From the IMG/VR virus record IMGVR_UViG_3300037473_000281, positions 1-43,693 of that record: 43,693 bases of DNA; one strand, given 5' to 3'. The stretch is from a virus (taxonomy: Duplodnaviria > Caudoviricetes). A program made the position numbers and the translations under genes. Below the pieces are notes generated by a model. It saw only the letters and a list, made by a program, of their open reading frames with translations. It made no database searches and was not told the DNA's origin. Below, one piece after another: positions 9,314 through 17,620 of this stretch. Position 1 is the stretch's first letter; each line of letters begins with the position of its first letter.

Positions 9314-11530
9314 TCACGGAACGGACTGGTTGCCGTTGTCGACGGTCGTGAGGTCGAAGCCTGGCTCGGACCGCACCTTGCTGACCCGCACACGCGTGTC
9401 GCTCACCTCGATGTGCAGGCTTGCCGCGAGCTCGCGCGCCTGCGCGGCCTTGTTCTGCGCGACCGCGTCCTCGTCGTACAGCAGCGCGCTGCGCACGCGC
9501 TTGGCGTGCGTCATGTGGTCGCGCTTGTCGCGTGCCAGGAACTTCTTCTCGCGCCCCGTCAGATTCGGCGCGGCGCGATCGCTGTCGCCGTGCAGCGCAA
9601 CGCCCCACCCCATCTGGTCCTTCTCCGAGATGTTGAACGCGCGCAGGATGCCGGTCGTGGTCTCGAACGCGGCCGCGAACACACCGATCGCGGTCGTAGC
9701 GACCCCCAGCTTGCCAATGAAGCTGGACCCGCCCCATGCGGCGCCGGCCGAAACGTCGCCGCCGCTACCCATCCCGCCTGGCAGTGCGCCGCCGCCGATG
9801 CCGCGGCGTCCGAACAGCGTCTGCGCGATGAGCATGGCGCCGAAGCCTTTGAGCGCTCCGGTTGTGATGCCGAGCGCTTCTGTGGCGAGCGGATACTGCG
9901 CCTCAAGAATGGCGAGCGAGTCGGCCGATTTCACGGCTACGTCGAGCAGCTGCTGCATGCCCTTGCCGTTCATGAACGTCTCGAACTGCCGCGCGCCGAG
10001 CGTGGCCGCCTTGCCGGCCGTGCCCTCGTTCATGGCGGCGAGACGGCGCTTGATGGCTTCGCCGCCGACCTTCGGGTCGAGCGACAGCAGCGCATCGGCC
10101 GCCATCGGGTTCTTGTTGAAGGCGTCGACCAGCACCTCGATGCCGCGCTGGCCGCGCTCTTCCTTGAAGATGTTCTGCCGGCGTGCGCCGTAGGATGGAT
10201 CCATCACGCCCTTCAGTGCGAGCTCGCTCAAGATCTCGGCCATGGGCCGCAGCTCCGTGCCGAGCTTGCCATCCTTCGTGACGTTGACGCCGAAGCCGCC
10301 CTCCGCGCGCGACTTCGCGAGCAACTTCTGCACCTTCACGTCATTCAGTGTGCTGACGGTGCGCACGCCAAGCGTCGCCGCTTCCGACGCGCTCATGTCG
10401 CTGGTGCCGAGCAGCTGTGTGATGCCGAGCGCCTGCTTGGCGCCCTCGATGCCCTTCAGGTTGGCGTTGCGCCCCATCGCGCCGAGAGCGGCGGCGAAGT
10501 TGTCGGCCACGTCCTGGAAGCTGATATTGCCCAGGTCGGCCGCCTGCACCATCGCGCCGCCGAGCTGCACCATCTGCTCGTCCGTGAGGTCGAACTGCCG
10601 ACGCATGACGCCGAACGCGCCCACCACGGACTCGACCGACGTGTTGGTCGCCACGCTCACGTCCGCGAGGTTGTCGAGGATGGCCGTGAACTCCTTGAGG
10701 CCGCTGAAGCGGTCCTGCGCGGCTTCGAGACCGCCCAGCAGATCCAGCGCGCCGACACCGGTGCGGGCCGACGTGGCCAGAATCTTGGCCTGCATGGCCT
10801 TGCGCTCGTCCGCGTTCTGCCCGCCCATGTCGGCGAGCAGGGCCGAGCGGCGCTGAAACTGCACGGCCTGCGAGGCCAGCTGCTCGGTCGACTGGGCGCC
10901 GAACGTGCTCGCGTAGGCATCGACACGCCCGTATGCTGCGGCGCCGGCGCCGGCCAGCAACGCGCCGCCGCGCATGAGCGCGTCCTTGCGCGTGCGCTGC
11001 ACGGCCTGCATCTGGCGCTGTGCCTTCTGGGCATCGCGGATCTGCCCGCGTGCCGACTTCTCTTGCTCGCGCGACTGCATGGCCGCGCTGTTGATCTGCA
11101 TGCGCAGCTTGTACTTCTCGAGCTGCTCCGCCGAGCGTGCCTTCTGAGAGTCCGCCTTCTGCTGCGCCTTTACGTCCGCGTCCCGCAGCTTCTGCTCTAT
11201 CTCCGCGCTCTTGATCGCGACCTTGACCTTCCAGGCCTCGGTCGCGGCTGCTTCCTTGCGCTTCTGCTCCTCCGCGCGCTTGGCCGCTTTTGCGGTCGCG
11301 TCGGCCGCCTTCTGCGCCGCCTTCGCGCTCGCTGCCGTCTCCTTCTGCTTGGCCTTCTCGGCGGCCTTGACGTCGCGCTCAGCGTCTTTGGCCGCCTTGG
11401 CCTGCGCCTTGGCGACGTCCGCCGAGGCCTTGCGCGACGCGTCGACCGTGCCCGTGAGCGAGCGCCGCAGGCTGCTGTCCGGCAGCGCGCCGATGCGGAT
11501 GACTGCGCGCGCTGACGTTTGATCGGCCAT
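9314..11530 (-). CDS. Tail tape measure protein
   Basis: 738 aa Ala-rich helical protein with N-terminal coiled coil, between the chaperone and the gpN-like gene. Confidence 0.9.
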   Translation of the reverse strand: MADQTSARAVIRIGALPDSSLRRSLTGTVDASRKASADVAKAQAKAAKDAERDVKAAEKAKQKETAASAKAAQKAADATAKAAKRAEEQKRKEAAATEAWKVKVAIKSAEIEQKLRDADVKAQQKADSQKARSAEQLEKYKLRMQINSAAMQSREQEKSARGQIRDAQKAQRQMQAVQRTRKDALMRGGALLAGAGAAAYGRVDAYASTFGAQSTEQLASQAVQFQRRSALLADMGGQNADERKAMQAKILATSARTGVGALDLLGGLEAAQDRFSGLKEFTAILDNLADVSVATNTSVESVVGAFGVMRRQFDLTDEQMVQLGGAMVQAADLGNISFQDVADNFAAALGAMGRNANLKGIEGAKQALGITQLLGTSDMSASEAATLGVRTVSTLNDVKVQKLLAKSRAEGGFGVNVTKDGKLGTELRPMAEILSELALKGVMDPSYGARRQNIFKEERGQRGIEVLVDAFNKNPMAADALLSLDPKVGGEAIKRRLAAMNEGTAGKAATLGARQFETFMNGKGMQQLLDVAVKSADSLAILEAQYPLATEALGITTGALKGFGAMLIAQTLFGRRGIGGGALPGGMGSGGDVSAGAAWGGSSFIGKLGVATTAIGVFAAAFETTTGILRAFNISEKDQMGWGVALHGDSDRAAPNLTGREKKFLARDKRDHMTHAKRVRSALLYDEDAVAQNKAAQARELAASLHIEVSDTRVRVSKVRSEPGFDLTTVDNGNQSVP

Positions 11531-11536
11531 GGTGCG

Positions 11537-11704
11537 TCACTCTTCGGGGCGATGGAACTCGGCGTACTTCGCCCACCAGTACGTCACCTGCCACTCCGTC
11601 AGCTGCGAAGCCGGCTCGCCAAAATACGCAGCAAGCGCCGGAGCGTGGGCGCATCGTATTGGCTCAGTATTAGAGAAGCAGTCAGCTCCTCTTCGGGTTT
11701 TCCC
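11537..11704 (-). CDS. -1 frameshift extension of the tail chaperone (gpGT/GpE'-like)
   Basis: -1 frame is open from GGGAAAA (11704-11698) to a stop at 11537, encoding ...PALAAYFGEPASQLTEWQVTYWWAKYAEFHRPEE. Confidence 0.8.
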   Translation of the reverse strand, partial: GKTRRGADCFSNTEPIRCAHAPALAAYFGEPASQLTEWQVTYWWAKYAEFHRPEE

Positions 11705-12165
11705 AGGGCGTCTGCCAGCTCCCGCACCGCGTCGTCGCTCAGGTCACCGAGCAGCGGGTTCACGCGCTCTTGCTGCTCCAGGTACATCTGGTGCAGCTGG
11801 TTCACCATCACGGTGTCGAGCTTGCGCACCGACTCCAGGAAGTCGAAATGGGTCGCGTGCTCTTTCGTCTTCGGGTCTGGATCCGGTTTCACGAACGCGC
11901 GGTAGATGAGCGCGCGCTTGGTGTCCTCGTCCAAGATCTCGGCGTCGAGCTGCATCATGAGCAGCGGGTCGATGCCGCGTGCCTGCGCGCGCTGCTGGAC
12001 GTACTGCACGGCGTCGAGCCGCGCTTCGTCCACTTCCTCGCCCGTCAGCACGCGAATGCCAACGTTGGCCACCGACGCGCCCGGCATGGCGGGGAAAGGG
12101 ACGACGCGCACGGCGCGCCGGCCCTTCAGCATCTCTTTGATGCGGTCGGCGTCGGGCTTCTGCAC
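11599..12165 (-). CDS. Tail assembly chaperone (gpG-like)
   Basis: Between tube and tape measure; contains an in-frame G GGA AAA slippery site. Confidence 0.85.
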   Translation of the reverse strand: MQKPDADRIKEMLKGRRAVRVVPFPAMPGASVANVGIRVLTGEEVDEARLDAVQYVQQRAQARGIDPLLMMQLDAEILDEDTKRALIYRAFVKPDPDPKTKEHATHFDFLESVRKLDTVMVNQLHQMYLEQQERVNPLLGDLSDDAVRELADALGKPEEELTASLILSQYDAPTLRRLLRILASRLRS

Positions 12166-12169
12166 GCGC

Positions 12170-12532
12170 TTAGACCTTGACCGCGGCAGTGCCCATCGCG
12201 TTGAACTTCAGGCCGTCGGGCCCGAGCTCCACGTCGGCCGTGTCCACGACCGCGTCCGCGCTCGAGTACGTGATGGGCGGGACGGTGTCGCACACGAAGT
12301 CGATCTGCCCCTCGTAGTTGCGCACCTTCTCGGTGTCGGTCGAGCCCTTCACGATCAGCGTACCCTGGAACTCGCACGCCTGCGGCTCGTGCGAGAAGCC
12401 GGCCAAGATGCCGCTGCCGAACTGCGGCGTCTTCTTGTCGCCGCCCAGCTTGATGGTCGCACCGGGGCGCGTGCCGAAATCGGTGCCGCCGAAAATGACC
12501 TTGGTGACACCGAGAACTCGTGAAGCAGCCAT
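12170..12532 (-). CDS. Tail tube protein (Mu gpM-like)
   Basis: 120 aa directly after the sheath; GATIKLGG..K..Q.G...GF.E pattern. Confidence 0.85.
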   Translation of the reverse strand: MAASRVLGVTKVIFGGTDFGTRPGATIKLGGDKKTPQFGSGILAGFSHEPQACEFQGTLIVKGSTDTEKVRNYEGQIDFVCDTVPPITYSSADAVVDTADVELGPDGLKFNAMGTAAVKV

Positions 12533-12560
12533 GTCGTTACCTCCGGCCTCGTGGGCCTGA

Positions 12561-12614
12561 CAAAAACAAAAGGGCTGACGCGGGCGCAGCGTTGCGCCGC
12601 AGCTCGCGTCAGCC
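12561..12614 (-). terminator. Intrinsic terminator-like hairpin between sheath and tube
   Basis: GGCTGACGCG...CGCGTCAGCC 10-bp outer stem followed by CTTTTGTTTTTG on the minus strand. Confidence 0.7.
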
Positions 12615-12657
12615 GTTCGTGAACACGCGGAGCAGAAGGCTCACGCGCAGCGTTGCA

Positions 12658-14130
12658 TCAGTTGATGAACTGCATCTGGCCGTCCAGGCCGCGGAACTGC
12701 TTCATCAGGCTCGGGCCGAACTGCAGCGACAGACGTTCGCCGCTCGGTCCGATGTCGCAGACGAGCTCGTCGACGAACTGCTGCTTCTTCGATGGGTCCA
12801 CCCAGCCCTCGTCGATCCACACCTCGTAGCGACCGGCCGCGACACCCTTCATCGTGTTGGGCGTCATGACGGGCAAGCCCTGCGGCAAGCGGCCGCCGTC
12901 GTCGGCCAGCAGATGGCGCGGGAAGTTGAGGGCGACGAAGCTGCGCAGGTCGTAACGCATCGCCGCGAGCGTGTCCGCCTTCTCGGCGTACAGGTACGAG
13001 GTGTCGAGCACGCCGGCCGCGTTGAGGCGGTAGGTGCTGATCATGGTCTCGAGGTAGACGTTGCCGGCGCCGTCGTCGACGTGCGTGGAGCAGCCCGCGT
13101 ATAGCAGCAGGTTGCGGTCGTTCTCGGAGAACTGCGAAGCGGGGTCGCAGGGCATGACGCCCGGGACCTGCAGGGTCTGGCGCGGGCGCGAGGGCGCGAT
13201 CTGCGAGTGGTACGCGTTCACGCCTGCCACCGCCGCCGCCCAGATGTAGCTCGGGGTCGGCGATGTGTTGGCCGCCATCAGGCGGATGAAGGGGCTGTTG
13301 CGCGAGGTGCCGAGCGTGTTGGCCGTGCCGTACGTGCCGACGACCGCGCAGTAGGCGAAGCCTTCCTTCTGCACCATGCCGTTCCAGCGGGCGAGCAGCT
13401 CCGTCTCCAGGAGACCAAGGTTGGTCGAGTCCGTGTGGGGCATGATGAAAGAGTCGTACTGCACCGACCCGATCGCCGTGATGCTCGCGCTGATGGCCGG
13501 GTTGGTCGCACCGGACGTGCCGGTCGCGATTGCGATCGTGATGCCCGGGAGGGCAACGTCGGTCTGCAAGTAGTTCACCCGCACGTCCTCGTCCATCACG
13601 CCCTTCCACCGCTTGGTGAGGGTGACGACCGTGGTGGATGCACCGCTCGTGAACGGCATGCGGGCGTAGTCGCGGTGCGCCTTGATGGCAGTGTCGACGA
13701 GCGGTCCGACGGCCGCCGCCGCCGTGTTGTTCGGGATCGACACCGGCACGCGACGGCCGCCGATGTAGAGCGCGATCACGCCCGCGGCCGTGCTGGTGCC
13801 GCTGAACGTGATCGTCTTGGTTCCGGCGGTGCCGCCAGAAGCCTCGACCTGCCCACACGCCCAGAGCTCGGTCTGGCCGTTCGCGGCTTTGAACGCTCGG
13901 CACATCTCGGCGAGCTGAGAGCCCACGCCGAAGTACGAGTCGGCCTGGTCGCCGCTCAGAATCTGCTTCGGCGTCAGCTCTGCGACGGCGGCCGTGCTCA
14001 GCTGGATGCCGAAGGCCATGACCTTGTGCGGCTTCTTCGAGACGCCCTTGACCGCGCGCGACTTGTCGAACTCGATGTGCGTGACGTTCGTGCGAACGGT
14101 CGTGTCGATCTCGTTGAACGGAAAAGTCAT
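12658..14130 (-). CDS. Tail sheath protein (Mu gpL-like)
   Basis: HIEFDKSRA, FGVGSQLAEM, PSRPRQTL, ENDRNLLLYAGCST, ISTYRLNAAG..DTSYL, FPRHLLADDG motifs. Confidence 0.96.
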   Translation of the reverse strand: MTFPFNEIDTTVRTNVTHIEFDKSRAVKGVSKKPHKVMAFGIQLSTAAVAELTPKQILSGDQADSYFGVGSQLAEMCRAFKAANGQTELWACGQVEASGGTAGTKTITFSGTSTAAGVIALYIGGRRVPVSIPNNTAAAAVGPLVDTAIKAHRDYARMPFTSGASTTVVTLTKRWKGVMDEDVRVNYLQTDVALPGITIAIATGTSGATNPAISASITAIGSVQYDSFIMPHTDSTNLGLLETELLARWNGMVQKEGFAYCAVVGTYGTANTLGTSRNSPFIRLMAANTSPTPSYIWAAAVAGVNAYHSQIAPSRPRQTLQVPGVMPCDPASQFSENDRNLLLYAGCSTHVDDGAGNVYLETMISTYRLNAAGVLDTSYLYAEKADTLAAMRYDLRSFVALNFPRHLLADDGGRLPQGLPVMTPNTMKGVAAGRYEVWIDEGWVDPSKKQQFVDELVCDIGPSGERLSLQFGPSLMKQFRGLDGQMQFIN

Positions 14131-14140
14131 CGACTAGCCC

Positions 14141-14398
14141 TCACTCGCTCGGGGTGGATGCGTTGCGCGGCCGCTTCGGAGCGGCGCTCGGATCGGTGGA
14201 GCCGGCTTCGGCAGCACTCGCGGGCGCGGCTTCGTCGGCGGGCACGAGGTCGCGATCGCGCACGCGGCGGTTGACCGTCGCGTCGACTTCGAACATCTCG
14301 CCCTCGTCGGGCACGCGCTTGCCCGTGCGGTGATTGGTGATGACGAGACGCGTGCCGTCTTCGGCCACGCCGGGCTTGAGCTTGATCTGTTCGGTCAT
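14141..14398 (-). CDS. Mu gp38/DUF2635-like small protein
   Basis: MTEQIKLKPG..TGKRVPDEGE...RRVRDRDLV directly before the sheath; start reassigned to ATG 14398. Confidence 0.8.
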   Translation of the reverse strand: MTEQIKLKPGVAEDGTRLVITNHRTGKRVPDEGEMFEVDATVNRRVRDRDLVPADEAAPASAAEAGSTDPSAAPKRPRNASTPSE

Positions 14399-15021
14399 GG
14401 AACCGGATATCCCTGCAGCGTCACGAGGTCGTTCGTGAACGGGTTGTTCGTCTGGTCCGCGACTTCCGGGTTCTCGTAGCCGTCGAACGCGGCGTAGAAC
14501 TCCAGGAACGGATGCAGCGTCGTGAGGTCGATCGTGTCGGGCGTGTACGTGACGACGATGGAGCCGACGAAGATGGGCACCGTCTCCGAGCCGCCCTCGG
14601 AAAAGGCGTTCTCGCACTGCGCCGTGTCCTCTTGGCCCTGCACGCCGGCGGCAGCCAGCACGTCAGCGCCGCCGCTCACCGACTCGTGCCCGCCGTCGAG
14701 CACGACCGTCTCGATCACGTCCCACACGGCATCGAGCGCGGGCCAGCGGTTCTTTCGCTTGTCGAGCGTCGTCGCCGGAAGCACGTACTGAAAGAAAACC
14801 GTGATGTCCTGCACACGGTTGGTCGAGCTCTCGCGCCGCGACTTGCGTCGCTTGCGGTAGATGCAGAGCGCGGGCAAGTCCGCTGCCGCCATCACTTGCA
14901 GCGTGCGCGGGTCCTCGTAGCACTTGACCACCATGCCAGGCCCGAGCTCGGCCGTGATGGCCGCGCGCACGAGCGCCGCGATCGCGCTCAGGGGCACGTC
15001 CTTCTGCGTGTCGATCGACAT
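14395..15021 (-). CDS. Putative tail terminator/completion protein
   Basis: Position between neck and sheath; LPALCIY motif; start reassigned to MSIDTQ. Confidence 0.6.
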   Translation of the reverse strand: MSIDTQKDVPLSAIAALVRAAITAELGPGMVVKCYEDPRTLQVMAAADLPALCIYRKRRKSRRESSTNRVQDITVFFQYVLPATTLDKRKNRWPALDAVWDVIETVVLDGGHESVSGGADVLAAAGVQGQEDTAQCENAFSEGGSETVPIFVGSIVVTYTPDTIDLTTLHPFLEFYAAFDGYENPEVADQTNNPFTNDLVTLQGYPVP

Positions 15022-15026
15022 CGTGG

Positions 15027-15419
15027 TCAGCGTCGATGCAGCGCGATGCCGAAAGGCGCCGCGGTGGCGTAACCGCCAGCGACGGTCGGGCGCAGCGACT
15101 CCACGGTCGACTCGTACCGCTTGCGGTAAATCTTGTGCTTGGTGGCGTGCAGGCCGTCCGGCGTCGTGATGCCGTTGCAGAACAGCCGTGCGATCGCGCA
15201 CTCCACGACCGCGCGCTTCAGCTGCGACGGCGTCGTGATGTCGCTCTCGGCGACGGGTGGCGTGCGGTTGGCCAGCTCGTACAGCACGTCCGCCAGAGAC
15301 AGCTCGAGCACGCGCTCGATCGTGAACGTCTCGCTCACGAGGTTGTCGAGCACGCCGGCGCCACCCAGCTCCTCCGCGACGTCGTCCTCGGTCGCTACCT
15401 GGCTGGTCGAGATGGTCAT
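15027..15419 (-). CDS. Putative head-tail adaptor
   Basis: 130 aa helical protein (ATEDDV..LG; P.QLKRAVVECAIARLF) in the neck position. Confidence 0.65.
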   Translation of the reverse strand: MTISTSQVATEDDVAEELGGAGVLDNLVSETFTIERVLELSLADVLYELANRTPPVAESDITTPSQLKRAVVECAIARLFCNGITTPDGLHATKHKIYRKRYESTVESLRPTVAGGYATAAPFGIALHRR

Positions 15420-15425
15420 GAGCGC

Positions 15426-15926
15426 TCAGAAGGTGGTGTCGAAGCCCGCAGCCTCGAAGGCGTCGGCCAGCGCGTTCTCGAACGTGATCGTGATGTCGTC
15501 GATCTCGCGCTCGAGCGCCTCGGCCATGAACCTGAAAGCCGGGTTGCCCGGGTGGTCGACTGACTGTGCGAACACGACGCCGCTGATGGTGCCGAATCGC
15601 AGCGTGCCGCCGGGCTTGGCCGTGATCTTGTGCGGCTTAGAGCCGAACTCGATGGGCGCGCCGTAGTTGGCGTTCGCCGCGACCACGACCTCGAGACGGC
15701 CACCGCCGAAGCTGCCGTCGACCGGGTCGGCGTAGATGGAGCGGGTCAGGTTGCCGCTACGGTCCTGGTAGCCGTGGTTCTCGCGCGCGGACTGCGCGAC
15801 CTGGTCGCCTGCCTGCCGCAGTGCCACCGGCATGACGAGCGCGAGCTCGGCCTCGACGCGATCGATCGCGTACTCGATGCCGCTCACGTCCAGCGAGATA
15901 CCTCCGCCGTCGTGACCCATGGGCAT
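15426..15926 (-). CDS. HK97 gp10-like neck/tail completion protein
   Basis: DRSGNLTRSI, NYGAPIEFGSKPHKI, VDHPG.PAFRFMAEAL motifs. Confidence 0.85.
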   Translation of the reverse strand: MPMGHDGGGISLDVSGIEYAIDRVEAELALVMPVALRQAGDQVAQSARENHGYQDRSGNLTRSIYADPVDGSFGGGRLEVVVAANANYGAPIEFGSKPHKITAKPGGTLRFGTISGVVFAQSVDHPGNPAFRFMAEALEREIDDITITFENALADAFEAAGFDTTF

Positions 15927-15938
15927 GTTGGCCTCGCG

Positions 15939-16586
15939 TCAGTCGAAGTACGGTAGAAAGTGCGGGTTGCCCGAGGCGTCCAGAATCTTGATGAAGCCCG
16001 ATGGGTCTGCGTCGGGCACGCCGTTTGTCCATGTCGTGGCGGGCGTGTCCGACGTGGGCGTGACCTTGAAGGTCGCGGTGCCGGCAGCGATGCCGGATAG
16101 ATCGTGGGTCGTCGCAGGAGTGAGCGCGTCATCGGCGGTGTCCTGCGCGGCATCGGCAGCCGCCTGCGCATTCGCCACGTCCGTGGTGGCTTGGTTGATC
16201 TGCGCGAGCAGCGCATCGCTCACCATGCGCTGCTTGCCCTGCACCGTGACGGTGCCGAGCGTGCCCGTGCCGGAGGCGTTCGTGTAGACCAGCCGCACCC
16301 ATGCGGCCGAGGTCTCGAACGTTACCATCGCCGGGCCGGCGTTGTTGTTCACCGTCGGGCTCGTGATGCCTGCGGCGACCCATGTCACGCCGTCGTTGCT
16401 CTCCTCGACATCGAAGTCGCCCGCGACGTTCGCGCCGTTGGTCCAGTCGGGCATCCACGACACCGAATACACGGCGTCGCCGAGGAACAGTGGCGTTGAG
16501 GTCCGCTTGTTCGTGCCCGACATGGCGGCCGCGCTCCACGCGATCGCCGTGCCCTTCAGCACGTTCTGGATGGCTTCGAAGCTCAC
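15939..16586 (-). CDS. Putative head/neck fibre or decoration protein
   Basis: Beta-sandwich-like N-domain, coiled-coil middle (QINQATTDVANAQAAADAAQ), C-terminal GFIKI...LPYF. Confidence 0.5.
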   Translation of the reverse strand: MSFEAIQNVLKGTAIAWSAAAMSGTNKRTSTPLFLGDAVYSVSWMPDWTNGANVAGDFDVEESNDGVTWVAAGITSPTVNNNAGPAMVTFETSAAWVRLVYTNASGTGTLGTVTVQGKQRMVSDALLAQINQATTDVANAQAAADAAQDTADDALTPATTHDLSGIAAGTATFKVTPTSDTPATTWTNGVPDADPSGFIKILDASGNPHFLPYFD

Positions 16587-16600
16587 GTGTCGTCAGCCTT

Positions 16601-16774
16601 TCACGACATCAGCCGATGCTTCACCAGCACGGCGCCGTCGCTGTCTTCGACGACTTCGATTTCGGGGTTGCACCAGCATGGCTCGCCATCGGTCGCATGC
16701 TCTTGGCCGACCAGCGGGTACACGTGAATGACCTCGCGGGTCTCGGGCGCCGCTTTCGCGTCCTCCCCGCTCAC
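16601..16774 (-). CDS. Small His/Cys protein (57 aa), absent from the ORF track
   Basis: Manual translation ...VIHVYPLVGQEHATDGEPCWCNPEIEVVEDSDGAVLVKHRLMS; GTGA overlap with the upstream stop. Confidence 0.65.
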   Translation of the reverse strand: MSGEDAKAAPETREVIHVYPLVGQEHATDGEPCWCNPEIEVVEDSDGAVLVKHRLMS

Positions 16775-17523
16775 CAGCCGCGTGCCTTGCGGATCTCTTC
16801 GCGCAGGCGGGGAGCGAGCCAGCGAGCGTCGACCGTCATGCCGAGATTGCTCGCCATGGCCTGCAGGGTCCCAACGTCCTCGATCGCGTCGAGGTCGTCG
16901 GCGCCGGTGGAAGCTTGCGCGGTCGGCTCGGCGGTTGCCGGAGCGGCCGCTGCGCGCGCCGCGCGGATCAGCTTCCGCAGGCTCTTCTGCTGCTTGTTGC
17001 CGGGCTCGATGCCCAGCCGTTTCGCCATCTCGCCGAGCACGGCAACGTCCTCGATCGCGTCGAGGTCGTCCTGCTCAGGCTGCGCGGCCGACTGCAGAGC
17101 AGCCGCCGTATCCGCCTGCGCGGCGTTCAACGTGTCGGCGTCGACGATGGTCGGCGGAACATTCTGCGCCGGACCACGCACGATGTGCACATGGTCGATG
17201 TCGCATGGCAGCACGCACGATGGCAGGTCGCCCTCGGAGCGCTCGTTCGGTGGCAGCTCCGCCGACGGCTCCTGCGCCTCGACCGGCATGCCCATCGCTT
17301 CGCGCGCCTCGTCGTCGGCCGGCACCAGCTCCATGTCGGCGCCGAGCGCGGCCACGAACGTGATCAGCTGCTGCCCAGTGAGCGGGCGGATCGATAGGCC
17401 GTCCACGAAGTGCAAGATGCCCAGCGTGCCGCTGAAGTCGTCCTGCTTGTGCTTCAGCAGGTACGAGCCGGCGACACCGCCAGAGAGTGGGCTGCGCGGG
17501 ATCCGCCAAATGTCGGTCGGCAT
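16771..17523 (-). CDS. Capsid-adjacent protein with two HeH/Rho-N-like repeats
   Basis: DDLDAIEDV..L..MA..LG repeat occurs twice; directly downstream of the capsid gene. Confidence 0.65.
   Translation of the reverse strand: MPTDIWRIPRSPLSGGVAGSYLLKHKQDDFSGTLGILHFVDGLSIRPLTGQQLITFVAALGADMELVPADDEAREAMGMPVEAQEPSAELPPNERSEGDLPSCVLPCDIDHVHIVRGPAQNVPPTIVDADTLNAAQADTAAALQSAAQPEQDDLDAIEDVAVLGEMAKRLGIEPGNKQQKSLRKLIRAARAAAAPATAEPTAQASTGADDLDAIEDVGTLQAMASNLGMTVDARWLAPRLREEIRKARGW
16872..17070. repeat. 28-bp exact direct repeat (16872-16899 and 17043-17070)
   Basis: CAACGTCCTCGATCGCGTCGAGGTCGTC occurs twice and encodes the DDLDAIEDV repeat. Confidence 0.9.
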
Positions 17524-17554
17524 CGCTGTTCTTTCGTCCTTGTGGCTGCGTCTC

Positions 17555-17609
17555 AGAAGACAGGCTGCGGAACGCGAGCGGGAGGAATGGACCGCCCGCG
17601 CTCCGCAGC
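17555..17609 (-). terminator. Hairpin/weak terminator after the major capsid gene
   Basis: 18-bp stem with G-U pairs, GCTGCGGAGCGCGGGCGG/CCGCTCGCGTTCCGCAGC, followed by CTGTCTTCT. Confidence 0.6.
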
Positions 17610-17620
17610 ACCCACCACCA

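Noticed and set aside
9284-11515. 743-aa plus-strand ORF
   Set aside because: Antisense shadow of the tape measure gene; high-GC codon bias removes stops, and it has no recognisable motifs
2720-14130. Tailocin/eCIS or transposable Mu-like phage
   Set aside because: Capsid, portal and terminases are present; no MuA/MuB is seen, while xis/int are present
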